Source of the DNA: Gemmatimonadota bacterium
Lineage (GTDB): Bacteria; Gemmatimonadota; Gemmatimonadetes; Longimicrobiales; RSA9
Direction of reading: 5' to 3'
DNA: 46,429 bases
Assembly (NCBI GenBank): GCA_040905425.1
Contig: JBBDRO010000033.1
Span: 1 to 46,429 of the forward strand
Shown here in pieces: positions 20,184 through 30,107 of the stretch. The notes under the pieces are model-generated. The model had not been told where the DNA came from. It did not search any database and saw only the letters and a list, made by a program, of their open reading frames with translations. How positions within the stretch are numbered: position 1 is the stretch's first letter; each line of letters begins with the position of its first letter. The translations under genes and the position numbers were made by a program.

Positions 20184-21298
20184 AAATCGGTATCAGCTGC
20201 TATCCCGTGTACGGCGGTTCCGGCGTGGTGGCCACGGAACTCGGCATCCAGCTGGCGGGCCGCGGCCACGAGGTGCACATCATCACCTACGACCAGCCCT
20301 TCCGACTGCCGTATTTCGTGGAGAACGTCTACTATCACGAGGTGGAGGTCCCAACCTACCCGCTGTTCGCGCATCCCCCCTACAACCTGGCGCTCTCGGT
20401 GGCCATACACGACGTGGCCAGCAAGCACGACCTGGATCTCATCCATGCGCACTACGCGGTGCCACATGCCACCTCGGCCTGGCTGGCCAAGGAGATGCTC
20501 GACCGAGAGGACTTCCGCATCGTCACCACCCTGCACGGCACCGACATCACGCTCGTGGGGCAGGATCCGTCCTTCCGTCCCATCACGCAGTTCTCCATTG
20601 CCCGCTCGGACGGTCTGACCGCTGTCTCGGAGTGGCTGCGCGAGGAGACCGTGCACCATTTCAACATGGCGCGGGATGCCATCCGCGTCATACCGAACTT
20701 CGTGGACCTGAACGTCTACCGCCGTGACGCCTATCCCTGCCACCGCGCCAAGTTCACCATGGAGGGTGAATTCATCGTGGGCCACGTGTCCAACTTCCGC
20801 ACCGTGAAGCGCTCGGCGGACGCCGTGCGGATCTTCGCACGCATGGCGCCGCAGATCCCGTCCAGGCTGCTCATGGTGGGCGATGGGCCGGAGCGGCCGC
20901 GCGCCCAGCAGGTGGCCGAGGAGGAAGGCGTGGCGGACCGGGTGGTGTTCCTGGGCAAGCAGGCCTCCGTGGCGGAACTGCTGGCGTGCACCGATCTCTA
21001 TCTGCTCACCAGCGAATCGGAATCGTTCGCGCTGGCGTCGCTGGAGGCCATGGCCTGCGGTGTGCCGGTGGTGGGCACCAGCGTCGGGGGGGTGCCCGAG
21101 GTGGTCCATGGGGACGGCGGGATCCTGCACCCCCTGGGAGACCTGGACGGCATGGCCGCCTCGGGCGTGGCCATCCTCGGCGAGCCGGAGCGCTGGCAGC
21201 ACGCCAGCCAGGCGGCGCGGGCGGCGGCCGAGGGCTTTTCGGCCGAGCGGGTCGTTCCCTTGTACGAGAGCTACTACGAAGAGATCCTGGCCCGATGA
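20180..21298 (+). CDS. bshA: N-acetyl-alpha-D-glucosaminyl L-malate synthase BshA (GT4)
   Basis: MKIGISCYPVYGGSGVVATELG, HAHYAVPHA, TTLHGTDITLVG, HVSNFR.VKR, ESFALASLEAMACG. Confidence 0.9.
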   Translation: MKIGISCYPVYGGSGVVATELGIQLAGRGHEVHIITYDQPFRLPYFVENVYYHEVEVPTYPLFAHPPYNLALSVAIHDVASKHDLDLIHAHYAVPHATSAWLAKEMLDREDFRIVTTLHGTDITLVGQDPSFRPITQFSIARSDGLTAVSEWLREETVHHFNMARDAIRVIPNFVDLNVYRRDAYPCHRAKFTMEGEFIVGHVSNFRTVKRSADAVRIFARMAPQIPSRLLMVGDGPERPRAQQVAEEEGVADRVVFLGKQASVAELLACTDLYLLTSESESFALASLEAMACGVPVVGTSVGGVPEVVHGDGGILHPLGDLDGMAASGVAILGEPERWQHASQAARAAAEGFSAERVVPLYESYYEEILAR

Positions 21299-21356
21299 GA
21301 CGCCTCGACGTCCAGGGCTCGCGCCGCGCGGGGCGCGCCATGCAGGGGGAGGAGCC

Positions 21357-22247
21357 GTGGCAGTGAAGAAGCACGAGGTGGACACGGGCCGCATCCCCGG
21401 GGTGGTGCCGGTGGATGACGCGGCGCTGCACCTCATCGACCTGGCGCTCGAGGAGGATCGCGGGCCGGGTGACTGGACCAGCCGCTGGACGGTGCCCGCC
21501 CGCACGCGCGTCGAGGCCCGCATCGTGGCACGTGCGGAAGGGGTGGTGGCAGGTCTCGGGCTGGCCGCCGCGGTGTGGCTGCGCCTGGATCCCCGTGTGG
21601 ATTTCGACGTGGCCGTGCACGATGGGCAGGTGGCCACCGCAGGCCAGACCGTGATCACGCTGCGTGGGCCTGGCCGCGCCGTGCTCACCGGGGAGCGCAC
21701 CGCGCTGAACTTCCTGCAGCGTCTGTCCGGCATTGCCACCCTCACGCGCGCCTACGTGGACGCCGTGGCCGGGACCGGCGCCCGCATCACGGATACGCGC
21801 AAGACCACGCCCGGCTGGCGCGCGCTGGAGAAGGCCGCGGTGCGCGCGGGCGGCGGCGAGAACCACCGCCTCGGGCTCTACGACATGGTGATGATCAAGG
21901 AGAACCATGCCATGATCGCGGGCGGCCTGGCGGCCGCTGTGGCACTCGTGCGGGACCAGAACGGCCGGGGCCTGCCAGTGGCCGCCGAGGCCCGCGACCT
22001 GGAGGAGGTGGACGTGGCGCTGGAGGCCGGGGTGGATCGGATCCTCCTGGACAACATGACGGACGAGATGCTCGCGCGGGCGGTCAAGCGCGCTCGCAAG
22101 CACCCGGCTCCGGTTGTCCTCGAGGCCACGGGCAACATGACGCTCGCCCGGGTCGGAGGCGTGGCCGCCACCGGGGTGGACGTGATCAGCGTGGGCGCGC
22201 TCACCCACTCGGTGCGGGCTCTCGACCTCTCCTTGCTGGTCACGTGA
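21357..22247 (+). CDS. nadC: Quinolinate phosphoribosyltransferase (nicotinate-nucleotide diphosphorylase)
   Basis: SD GGAGGAG before GTG 21357; ERTALNFLQRLSGIAT, DTRKTTPG, NHRLGLYD, IKENH, LLDNM, GALTHS. Confidence 0.93.
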   Translation: MAVKKHEVDTGRIPGVVPVDDAALHLIDLALEEDRGPGDWTSRWTVPARTRVEARIVARAEGVVAGLGLAAAVWLRLDPRVDFDVAVHDGQVATAGQTVITLRGPGRAVLTGERTALNFLQRLSGIATLTRAYVDAVAGTGARITDTRKTTPGWRALEKAAVRAGGGENHRLGLYDMVMIKENHAMIAGGLAAAVALVRDQNGRGLPVAAEARDLEEVDVALEAGVDRILLDNMTDEMLARAVKRARKHPAPVVLEATGNMTLARVGGVAATGVDVISVGALTHSVRALDLSLLVT

Positions 22248-23065
22248 GTCCGCTCGTGTCCGTCGCGCCCCTGGAGCGTTGGGAGGAGCAGGCGGTGGCA
22301 GCCCTGCGCGCGGCCTGGGGCATTCCCCACCTGGTCGTTCGGGCGCGCACGGCTTCCACGAACGATGATGCCCGCGCCCTGGCGGAAGCGGGCGCGGCGC
22401 CGGGCACCGTGGTGCTGGCGGACAGCCAGTCGGCGGGGCGGGGACGGCGCGGGCGTGCATGGAGCGACCTGCCCGCGCAGTCCGTGCTCCTCTCCATGGT
22501 ATGGCGTCCCACGGGCAGCGCACCGGCCGCGGCGCCGCTGCGGGCCGGCCTGGCGGTGGCGCAGGCGGTGGAGGGCGTCACGGACGGCCGTGCGTCGGTG
22601 CAGGTCAAATGGCCGAACGACGTCCTGCTGGGTGGCCGCAAGCTGGCCGGAATCCTGTGCGAGAGCGTGCTCGGCGGGCCCGCGCCCTTCGTGATCGTGG
22701 GCGTGGGGCTGAACGTCCTCCAGGAGCCCGGCAGTTGGCAGGGCCCGCTGGCTGGCACGGCCACCTCCCTGCGTGCGGAGCTGGGCAGCGCGCCGCCAAG
22801 AGGCATGGTAGCCGGGGCGCTCGTGCGCTTGCTGGCCGGCGCCGCGGCCCACGCCACCGACCCGCTGGAGGCCGCGGAACGGGCCGACCTGGCCGCGCGT
22901 GACGCGCTGCTGGACCGCCCCGTGAGCGTGGATGGCACGCCGCTCGGTAACGCCGCCGGGATAGCGCCTGATGGCGCGCTACGGGTGCGGCGCCCGGACG
23001 GAGGCCACACGCTGGTGCGGCACGGCGTGGTCCGCCCCCTCGATGACGCGGAGGCTGCACGGTGA
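22244..23065 (+). CDS. birA: Biotin--[acetyl-CoA carboxylase] ligase (no N-terminal HTH)
   Basis: STND, QSAGRGRRGRAW, KWPND, KLAGILCE, GVGLNV; GTGA overlap with nadC. Confidence 0.9.
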   Translation: MSPLVSVAPLERWEEQAVAALRAAWGIPHLVVRARTASTNDDARALAEAGAAPGTVVLADSQSAGRGRRGRAWSDLPAQSVLLSMVWRPTGSAPAAAPLRAGLAVAQAVEGVTDGRASVQVKWPNDVLLGGRKLAGILCESVLGGPAPFVIVGVGLNVLQEPGSWQGPLAGTATSLRAELGSAPPRGMVAGALVRLLAGAAAHATDPLEAAERADLAARDALLDRPVSVDGTPLGNAAGIAPDGALRVRRPDGGHTLVRHGVVRPLDDAEAAR

Positions 23066-23859
23066 TCCTGGCTTTCGACGTAGGCAACACCGAGACGGTA
23101 CTGGGCGTGCTGCGGGAGGGCCGCGTCTCCGGGCAATGGCGGTTGGCCACGCGTCCTGAGCGCACGGCCGACGAACTGGCGCTGGTCGTGAAGGCGCTGC
23201 TCGCCGACGCATCCATCAGGCCCGGCAGCCTGTCGGGCGCCGTCGTGGGCTCCGTGGTGCCGCCGCTTACGCCGGCCATCGTCACCGTGTGCGAACAGCA
23301 CCTGGCCACCCGCGCGCTGCTCGTGGACGCCGCCACGCCGCTGCCCATCCGGTTGGAGGTGGATGAACCCATGACGGTGGGCGCCGACCGCATTGCCAAC
23401 ACCCTGGCAGCCGTCCGCCTCTACGGGCGCGACACCATCGTGGTGGACCTGGGCACGGCCACCACCTTCGACTGCATTCGCGCCGACGGGGCCTTCGTGG
23501 GCGGCGTCATCTCGCCCGGCGTGCGTACGGGCGCGGACATGCTCGTCAGCCGCACCGCCAAGCTGCCGCGCGTGGACCTGGAGCCGCCCGCCACCGTGAT
23601 CGGGCGGCGCACGGAGTCCTCCCTCATGAGCGGTATCTTCCACGGTGCGGTGGCCGCCATCGACGGCATCGTGGACCGCATCCGCGCCGAATGGGGCAGG
23701 GAGGACGTGCTGGTGGTGGCCACGGGCGGGCTGGCACCGATGCTGGCGCCGCACTGCCGCACCGTCGAGCGCGTGGAGCCGCATCTCACCCTGTACGGCC
23801 TGGAGCTGGCCTGGCGGCACGTGCACGGTCCCACCGCCGGGGACGTCCGCCTGGTCTGA
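23062..23859 (+). CDS. coaX: Type III pantothenate kinase
   Basis: [37 protein letters not shown]. Confidence 0.95.
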   Translation: MILAFDVGNTETVLGVLREGRVSGQWRLATRPERTADELALVVKALLADASIRPGSLSGAVVGSVVPPLTPAIVTVCEQHLATRALLVDAATPLPIRLEVDEPMTVGADRIANTLAAVRLYGRDTIVVDLGTATTFDCIRADGAFVGGVISPGVRTGADMLVSRTAKLPRVDLEPPATVIGRRTESSLMSGIFHGAVAAIDGIVDRIRAEWGREDVLVVATGGLAPMLAPHCRTVERVEPHLTLYGLELAWRHVHGPTAGDVRLV

Positions 23860-24040
23860 TCCGGTAAGCGACGACGCCGCGCAGCCTCGGGGGCCGCGAG
23901 CCCTCGTGGTCCCCGCCCGCGGCCGGCGCGCTCCGTCTGCCAGCATGACCGGAAGCTGCCATTCCGGCAATCCCTCTTCTGCCAGTACAGCGCGCCCGCG
24001 CGGCACCGGTTCTGCTCCTGGCCACGCGGGATGCGGGCGC

Positions 24041-24068
24041 TTGACGGCAGGTCCAGCCCCGCTATCTT
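24041..24068 (+). promoter_or_regulatory. sigma70-type promoter of groESL
   Basis: TTGACG (24041-24046), 16 nt, TATCTT (24063-24068), immediately upstream of CIRCE. Confidence 0.7.
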
Positions 24069-24080
24069 ATCGCCAGTCTG

Positions 24081-24107
24081 TTAGCACTCACCAAAGACGA
24101 GTGCTAG
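24081..24107 (+). promoter_or_regulatory. CIRCE element (HrcA operator)
   Basis: TTAGCACTC-ACCAAAGAC-GAGTGCTAG versus consensus TTAGCACTC-N9-GAGTGCTAA. Confidence 0.95.
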
Positions 24108-24142
24108 CGAAGATGCCCAAGCTCATACATGGAGGATCACAC

Positions 24143-24448
24143 ATGGCGACTGCTGCTTCGACGCAGGTCAAGCCACTGGCGGACCGCATCGTGGTCAAGG
24201 CTCTGGAGGACAGCGAGCAGATGCGCGGCGGGCTCTACATCCCGGACACCGCCAAGGAAAAGCCCCAGCAGGGCGAGGTGGTCGCCGTCGGTCCCGGCAG
24301 GATCACGGACGACGGCAAGCGTATCGAGCCGGAGCTCAAGACCGGTGACAAGGTGCTCTACGGCAAGTACAGCGGCACGGAAGTGACCGTAGCGGATGAG
24401 GAGTACCTCATCCTGCGCGAGTCCGACGTGCTGGCCATCATCAAGTAA
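24143..24448 (+). CDS. groES: Co-chaperonin GroES
   Basis: [47 protein letters not shown]. Confidence 0.98.
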   Translation: MATAASTQVKPLADRIVVKALEDSEQMRGGLYIPDTAKEKPQQGEVVAVGPGRITDDGKRIEPELKTGDKVLYGKYSGTEVTVADEEYLILRESDVLAIIK

Positions 24449-26128
<1,680 letters not shown>

Positions 26129-26156
26129 ACCCAGCCCAGCCTGTTCCGGAAGCAGG

Positions 26157-26190
26157 AAGCCCCCGCGGCCTTCGGGTCGCGGGGGCTTTT
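26157..26190 (+). terminator. Intrinsic terminator of groESL
   Basis: AAGCCCCCGCGGCC-TTCG-GGTCGCGGGGGCTT followed by TT; UUCG tetraloop. Confidence 0.85.
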
Positions 26191-26198
26191 GCGCGCGG

Positions 26199-27107
26199 TC
26201 ATGGCGCCGAGCGTCCGCCCGCCTGGAAGCGGGCGGGCTCCAGGCGGGCCAGCACGGCATGTCGTTCTCGCGGCACGGCCAGGATGGGTCCCCACACGCC
26301 GTACAGATCCCGATAATCGCGCTCGAGATGCCGCAATGGCACACGGCTGCCCACGCGCCAACCGCGATATCCCCCGGTGGTGAGCAGCCGGCCGATGGCG
26401 GCGTCTTCCGCCGGCGAATGGCTCTCCATCAGGAACACCGGTCGGTACCGCCGGATGGTCTCGGTCATGCCGGCGAGCGCCGGCGCCCCGCCTCCCTCGA
26501 TGTCCATCTTGATGAAGGCAGGTGCCAGGCCGCGGCTGGCCAGCGTGGCGTCGACCACCGCCGTCGGCACCTCGATCCGCGCTGCCTCCGGCCCCGCCCA
26601 GTCGTTCAACAGGGATGCCGTGTGGGGATTGCTCGGGACGAAGAAGGACGCGGTGCCCGCGCGGTCGCTCGCGGCGGCCTCCAGCACTTCCGTCCGTCGG
26701 CAACCGTTGCGCGCCAGGTTGCGCTCCAGCAGGGCGCGGGTCGCGGGAACCGGCTCCAGCGCCAGCACGCGCCCATGAGGGCCCACCGCGGCATCCAGCA
26801 GGAGCGTGAAGTAGCCCGCGTTGGCGCCCAACTCGAGCACCGCGTCACCGGGCGCGACCACCTGGCGGATAACCTCCGCCGTGCCGGGTTCGAGCGTGCC
26901 GACGAACACGCCGGGGCTCAACCAGGGGACGTATTCCAGCCATCGGCCGCGATTGGGACCCGCCAGCACGGGGTAGGAGCGCCCTTCGCGCAGCGCACGC
27001 CGGATCGCGACCGAGAGCGCTCGCCGAAGCGGGGACGGGAGATCCGCTGGCGGCAGCGCGCGCCGCGCCGCGGCCGCCAATACGCGCCACGCACGGATAT
27101 GCGTCAT
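26199..27107 (-). CDS. FkbM-family SAM-dependent methyltransferase
   Basis: VLELGANAGYFT, VLALEP, AASD, FIKMDIEGG motifs. Confidence 0.85.
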   Translation of the reverse strand: MTHIRAWRVLAAAARRALPPADLPSPLRRALSVAIRRALREGRSYPVLAGPNRGRWLEYVPWLSPGVFVGTLEPGTAEVIRQVVAPGDAVLELGANAGYFTLLLDAAVGPHGRVLALEPVPATRALLERNLARNGCRRTEVLEAAASDRAGTASFFVPSNPHTASLLNDWAGPEAARIEVPTAVVDATLASRGLAPAFIKMDIEGGGAPALAGMTETIRRYRPVFLMESHSPAEDAAIGRLLTTGGYRGWRVGSRVPLRHLERDYRDLYGVWGPILAVPRERHAVLARLEPARFQAGGRSAP

Positions 27108-27133
27108 GGTCCAGCCGAGGGCGGCGTCACCCC

Positions 27134-27571
27134 TCAGCCCGGCTGGCTTACCGAGGCGTGGTCGGTAGCTTCGGCAATGGCGCCCAGCACCCGGGCGAAC
27201 CCGGCGCGGTCGGCCTCGGTCGTGGCGCGCAGGACCTGGCCGTCCACCACGTCCAGCAACCCCTGCACACGTTCGGCCAACGCACGGCCCGTCCCGGTGA
27301 GTACCACCAGGACGCTGCGCCGATCGGCGGGATTGGGTTTGCGGCTCACCAGGCGGTGGTCCGCGAGGCGGTCGACCACCGTGGTGAGCGTGGACGGCTT
27401 GAAGCCGAAAATCGCCTGCAATTCACCGATGGGGCAGGGACCGCGTGCCTCCAGGTAGGCCAGCATCCGTCCATCGGCCGGCGCCAGGTCCAGGCGGGCA
27501 CAGTGGCCCTCCAGGTAGTGTGCGAAGTCCCGCTCGGCCCTGCGGAGCTGCTCCAGAAAGCGTTCTGCCAT
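27134..27571 (-). CDS. MarR-family transcriptional regulator
   Basis: STLTTVVDRL...LVSRKPNPADRRSVLVVLTGTGR winged-helix signature; SD GAGGTG. Confidence 0.9.
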   Translation of the reverse strand: MAERFLEQLRRAERDFAHYLEGHCARLDLAPADGRMLAYLEARGPCPIGELQAIFGFKPSTLTTVVDRLADHRLVSRKPNPADRRSVLVVLTGTGRALAERVQGLLDVVDGQVLRATTEADRAGFARVLGAIAEATDHASVSQPG

Positions 27572-27625
27572 GCTGTCACCTCGAAGGGGGAAGAGCCGCC
27601 CTCGAAGGGGGCCGTCGTCCGGGAC

Positions 27626-27654
27626 AGTATATTACGAAACCGTACAAATAGCAT
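27626..27654 (-). promoter_or_regulatory. Putative marR-fkbM promoter with palindromic operator
   Basis: Minus strand ATGCTA-17-TATACT within an AT-rich island; TACG-N4-CGTA palindrome (27633-27644) in the spacer. Confidence 0.5.
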
Positions 27655-27701
27655 GATACGCCGTGGCGCGGCTACCGGCAAGGGGACCTCGGGGCGAGCC
27701 G

Positions 27702-27731
27702 TTGACGAGGCCCGCGTGGCGGGCCTATGTT
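27702..27731 (+). promoter_or_regulatory. sigma70-type promoter of the thrS leader
   Basis: TTGACG (27702-27707), 18 nt, TATGTT (27726-27731). Confidence 0.65.
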
Positions 27732-27761
27732 TCCGGCTCGAACTCATGACGGGGAGGCCTC

Positions 27762-27821
27762 ATGCGCCCGCGTAGCAGCATCACGACCGCCACAACGAGC
27801 CGCCGCCGGAGGGGGGCGTAG
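27762..27821 (+). CDS. Thr-rich attenuator leader peptide MRPRSSITTATTSRRRRGA (19 aa)
   Basis: SD GGAGG 27753-27757, ATG 27762, Thr codons ACG ACC (GCC) ACA ACG at 27783-27797, TAG 27819-27821. Lies directly upstream of a terminator and thrS. Confidence 0.8.
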   Translation: MRPRSSITTATTSRRRRGA

Positions 27822-27854
27822 CGATCGTAGCGGTGCGTCCGGCGCCCGGCGAGC

Positions 27855-27891
27855 GCGGCCTCTCCTCCGGAGCAGGCCGCTTTCTTTTTTT
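27855..27891 (+). terminator. Attenuator terminator upstream of thrS
   Basis: GCGGCCT/AGGCCGC stem with inner CTCC/GGAG, followed by TTTCTTTTTTT. Confidence 0.85.
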
Positions 27892-27918
27892 CGTCCAGTG
27901 AACCAAGAGTACGCTACG

Positions 27919-29835
27919 ATGATCAACATCACGCTTCCCGACGGGAAGGTCCTGGAGATGGAGGACGGCAGCACCCCTCTCCAGGTGGCCGAGCGCATCG
28001 GGCCCGGGCTGGCCAAAGCGGCCCTGGCCGGCAAGGTGGACGGCGCCGTGGTGGACCTGCGGCGCCCCATCACGGCGCATGCCCGCGTGGAGATCATCAC
28101 GGCGCGGAGCCCGGAGGCGCTGGACGTGCTGCGCCATTCCGCGGCCCACGTGTTGGCCACGGCCGTGCGCCAGGTGCGTCCGGGGGCCGGCATCGGCTTC
28201 GGCCCCGCCATCAAGGAAGGCTTCTACTACGACTTCGAGGTGGACGAGCCCTTCACGCCCGAGGAGTTGGAGACCATCGAAGGTGAGATGGCCAGGGTGG
28301 CCGCGGCCGCCGATCCGTTCGAGCGGCGCGAAGTGAGCCGTGAGGAGGCGCGGGAGCTCTTTGCCGACGATCCGCTCAAGCTGGAGCGACTCGAGGAGCT
28401 GGGCCCGGACGAGGTCATCAGTGTCTACAGGAACGGTCCCTTCCTGGACCTGTGCCGCGGCCCGCATGTGCCGGACACGGGGCTGGTGAAGCACTTCAAG
28501 CTGCTCAACACCGCCGGGGCCTACTGGCGGGGTGACGAGAAGCGGCAGATGCTGCAGCGCATCTACGGCACCGCCTTCCTCTCGGAGAAGGACCTGGCCG
28601 CCCACCTCGAGCGCCTGGAGGAGGCACGCAAGCGGGACCATCGCCGCTTGGGCCGCGAGCTGGACCTCTTCTGGTTCCACCCGTCCGCGCCGGGCGCGCC
28701 GTTCTGGACCGATCGTGGCACCACGATCTTCGAGACGCTCAGGGCGTGGATGGTGGGGCGCCTCCGGGAGGGTACCTACGAGATCGTGAAGACGCCGCTG
28801 CTCTACAACAAGAGCCTGTGGGAGACTTCCGGGCACTGGGGGAAGTACAGGGAGAACATGTTCCTGGTGCTCGACAACGAGTCGGGCGAGCACGATTTCT
28901 CCCTCAAGCCCATGAACTGCCCGTCCCACCACCTCATGTTCGCGGCCCGGCGGCGCAGCTACCGGGAGCTGCCCGTGCGCTACGCCACGCAGGACGTGCT
29001 GCATCGCAACGAGGTGAGCGGGGCGTTGGCCGGACTCACGCGGGTACGGCAGTTCCAGCAGGATGACGCCCACATCTATCTCATGGAGTCCCAGATCGTG
29101 GAGGAGGTGCGCCGTCTCACGGAGATGGTGGACTACTTCTATCGCACGCTGGGGCTGAAGTACTGCGTGAAGTTTGCCACGCGTCCCGAGCAGCGGGTGG
29201 GTACGGACGCGCTCTGGGACCAGGCCGAGGCCATCCTCCAGGACGCGCTCGAGCGGCTGGATCTGGCGTACGAGCTGAAGCCGGGGGACGGCGCCTTCTA
29301 CGGGCCCAAGATCGACTTCGACGTGGAGGATGCCATCGGGCGCAGCTGGCAACTCGGCACCATCCAGCTGGACTACCAGAATCCCGAGCGCTTCGACCTG
29401 CACTACGTGGGTGAGGACAACGCCGACCACCGCCCGGTGATCATCCACCGGGCCATCTTCGGCTCCTTCGAACGCTTCATTGCCATCCTGATCGAGCACT
29501 TCGCGGGCGCCTTCCCGCTCTGGCTGGCGCCGGAGCAGGTGCGGGTGCTGCCCATCACGGATGGCGTGCTGGAGAGTGCGCGTGCCCTGGCCGGGGAGCT
29601 GGAGGCCGCGGGGCTGCGGACGCACGTGGACGAGCGCAGTGAGACGCTGGGCTACAAGATCCGTGAGGGGGAGACCGGCAAGGTCCCCTACATGGCGGTG
29701 GTGGGCGAGCGTGAGGCGGAGGCCGGCACGGTGGCCGTGCGGCGTCGCGGGGGCGGCAAGAAGCAGGACGTCATGCCGCGCCAGGAATTCGTGGCGCGGC
29801 TTCAGGAGGAAGCCGCGAGCCGCTCGCTGGGGTAG
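27919..29835 (+). CDS. thrS: Threonine--tRNA ligase
   Basis: TGS domain (INITLPDG), RHSAAH, DLCRGPHV, RDHRRLG, KPMNCP, AFYGPKID, IHRAIFGSFERF. Confidence 0.98.
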   Translation: MINITLPDGKVLEMEDGSTPLQVAERIGPGLAKAALAGKVDGAVVDLRRPITAHARVEIITARSPEALDVLRHSAAHVLATAVRQVRPGAGIGFGPAIKEGFYYDFEVDEPFTPEELETIEGEMARVAAAADPFERREVSREEARELFADDPLKLERLEELGPDEVISVYRNGPFLDLCRGPHVPDTGLVKHFKLLNTAGAYWRGDEKRQMLQRIYGTAFLSEKDLAAHLERLEEARKRDHRRLGRELDLFWFHPSAPGAPFWTDRGTTIFETLRAWMVGRLREGTYEIVKTPLLYNKSLWETSGHWGKYRENMFLVLDNESGEHDFSLKPMNCPSHHLMFAARRRSYRELPVRYATQDVLHRNEVSGALAGLTRVRQFQQDDAHIYLMESQIVEEVRRLTEMVDYFYRTLGLKYCVKFATRPEQRVGTDALWDQAEAILQDALERLDLAYELKPGDGAFYGPKIDFDVEDAIGRSWQLGTIQLDYQNPERFDLHYVGEDNADHRPVIIHRAIFGSFERFIAILIEHFAGAFPLWLAPEQVRVLPITDGVLESARALAGELEAAGLRTHVDERSETLGYKIREGETGKVPYMAVVGEREAEAGTVAVRRRGGGKKQDVMPRQEFVARLQEEAASRSLG

Positions 29836-29901
29836 AAGGCGCCCGGGAAGGTGGCGCCGCGCGGGCGGCTGCGCGGCGTCGTCGCTTACGAACGTGCCGT
29901 C

Positions 29902-29930
29902 TTGACCTGCCGTGGCGGTGGCGCTAGCTT
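29902..29930 (+). promoter_or_regulatory. sigma70-type promoter of infC-rpmI-rplT
   Basis: TTGACC (29902-29907), 17 nt, TAGCTT (29925-29930). Confidence 0.7.
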
Positions 29931-29936
29931 TCCGCC

Positions 29937-30090
29937 TTACAATATGGGAAGCGGGCGGGGTAGCACCCTCCCCACCCTTCGGTCCGCGCCGCGGTACCGC
30001 CGGGTCTCGCGCTGACGGTCCCCACCGGTGCGTCCACCGGGTGAGGGCTGTTCGCATGAGAGGCCCGCAGCAGCGGGCCTTTTGATTTTT
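29937..30090 (+). ncRNA. Putative ribosomal protein L20 leader-like cis-regulatory RNA ending in a terminator
   Basis: CCCTCCCCACCC (29966-29977) pairs with GGGTGAGGG (30039-30047). Terminator AGGCCCGC-AGCA-GCGGGCCT-TTTGATTTTT (30061-30090). Position matches the Firmicutes L20 leader. Confidence 0.6.
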
Positions 30091-30107
30091 CTCGCCCGGA
30101 GGACGAG

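Noticed and set aside
23860..24040. Small gene or ncRNA between coaX and groES, or an N-terminally extended GroES
   Set aside because: No SD-supported ORF or convincing structure. The GroES extension would run through the promoter and CIRCE.
27732..27918. T-box riboswitch for thrS; alternative uORF MTGRPHAPA (27746-27775); extended thrS start at 27727
   Set aside because: No T-box consensus is present. The alternative uORF has no SD and no Thr cluster. The extended start lies within the -10 element and would read through the terminator.
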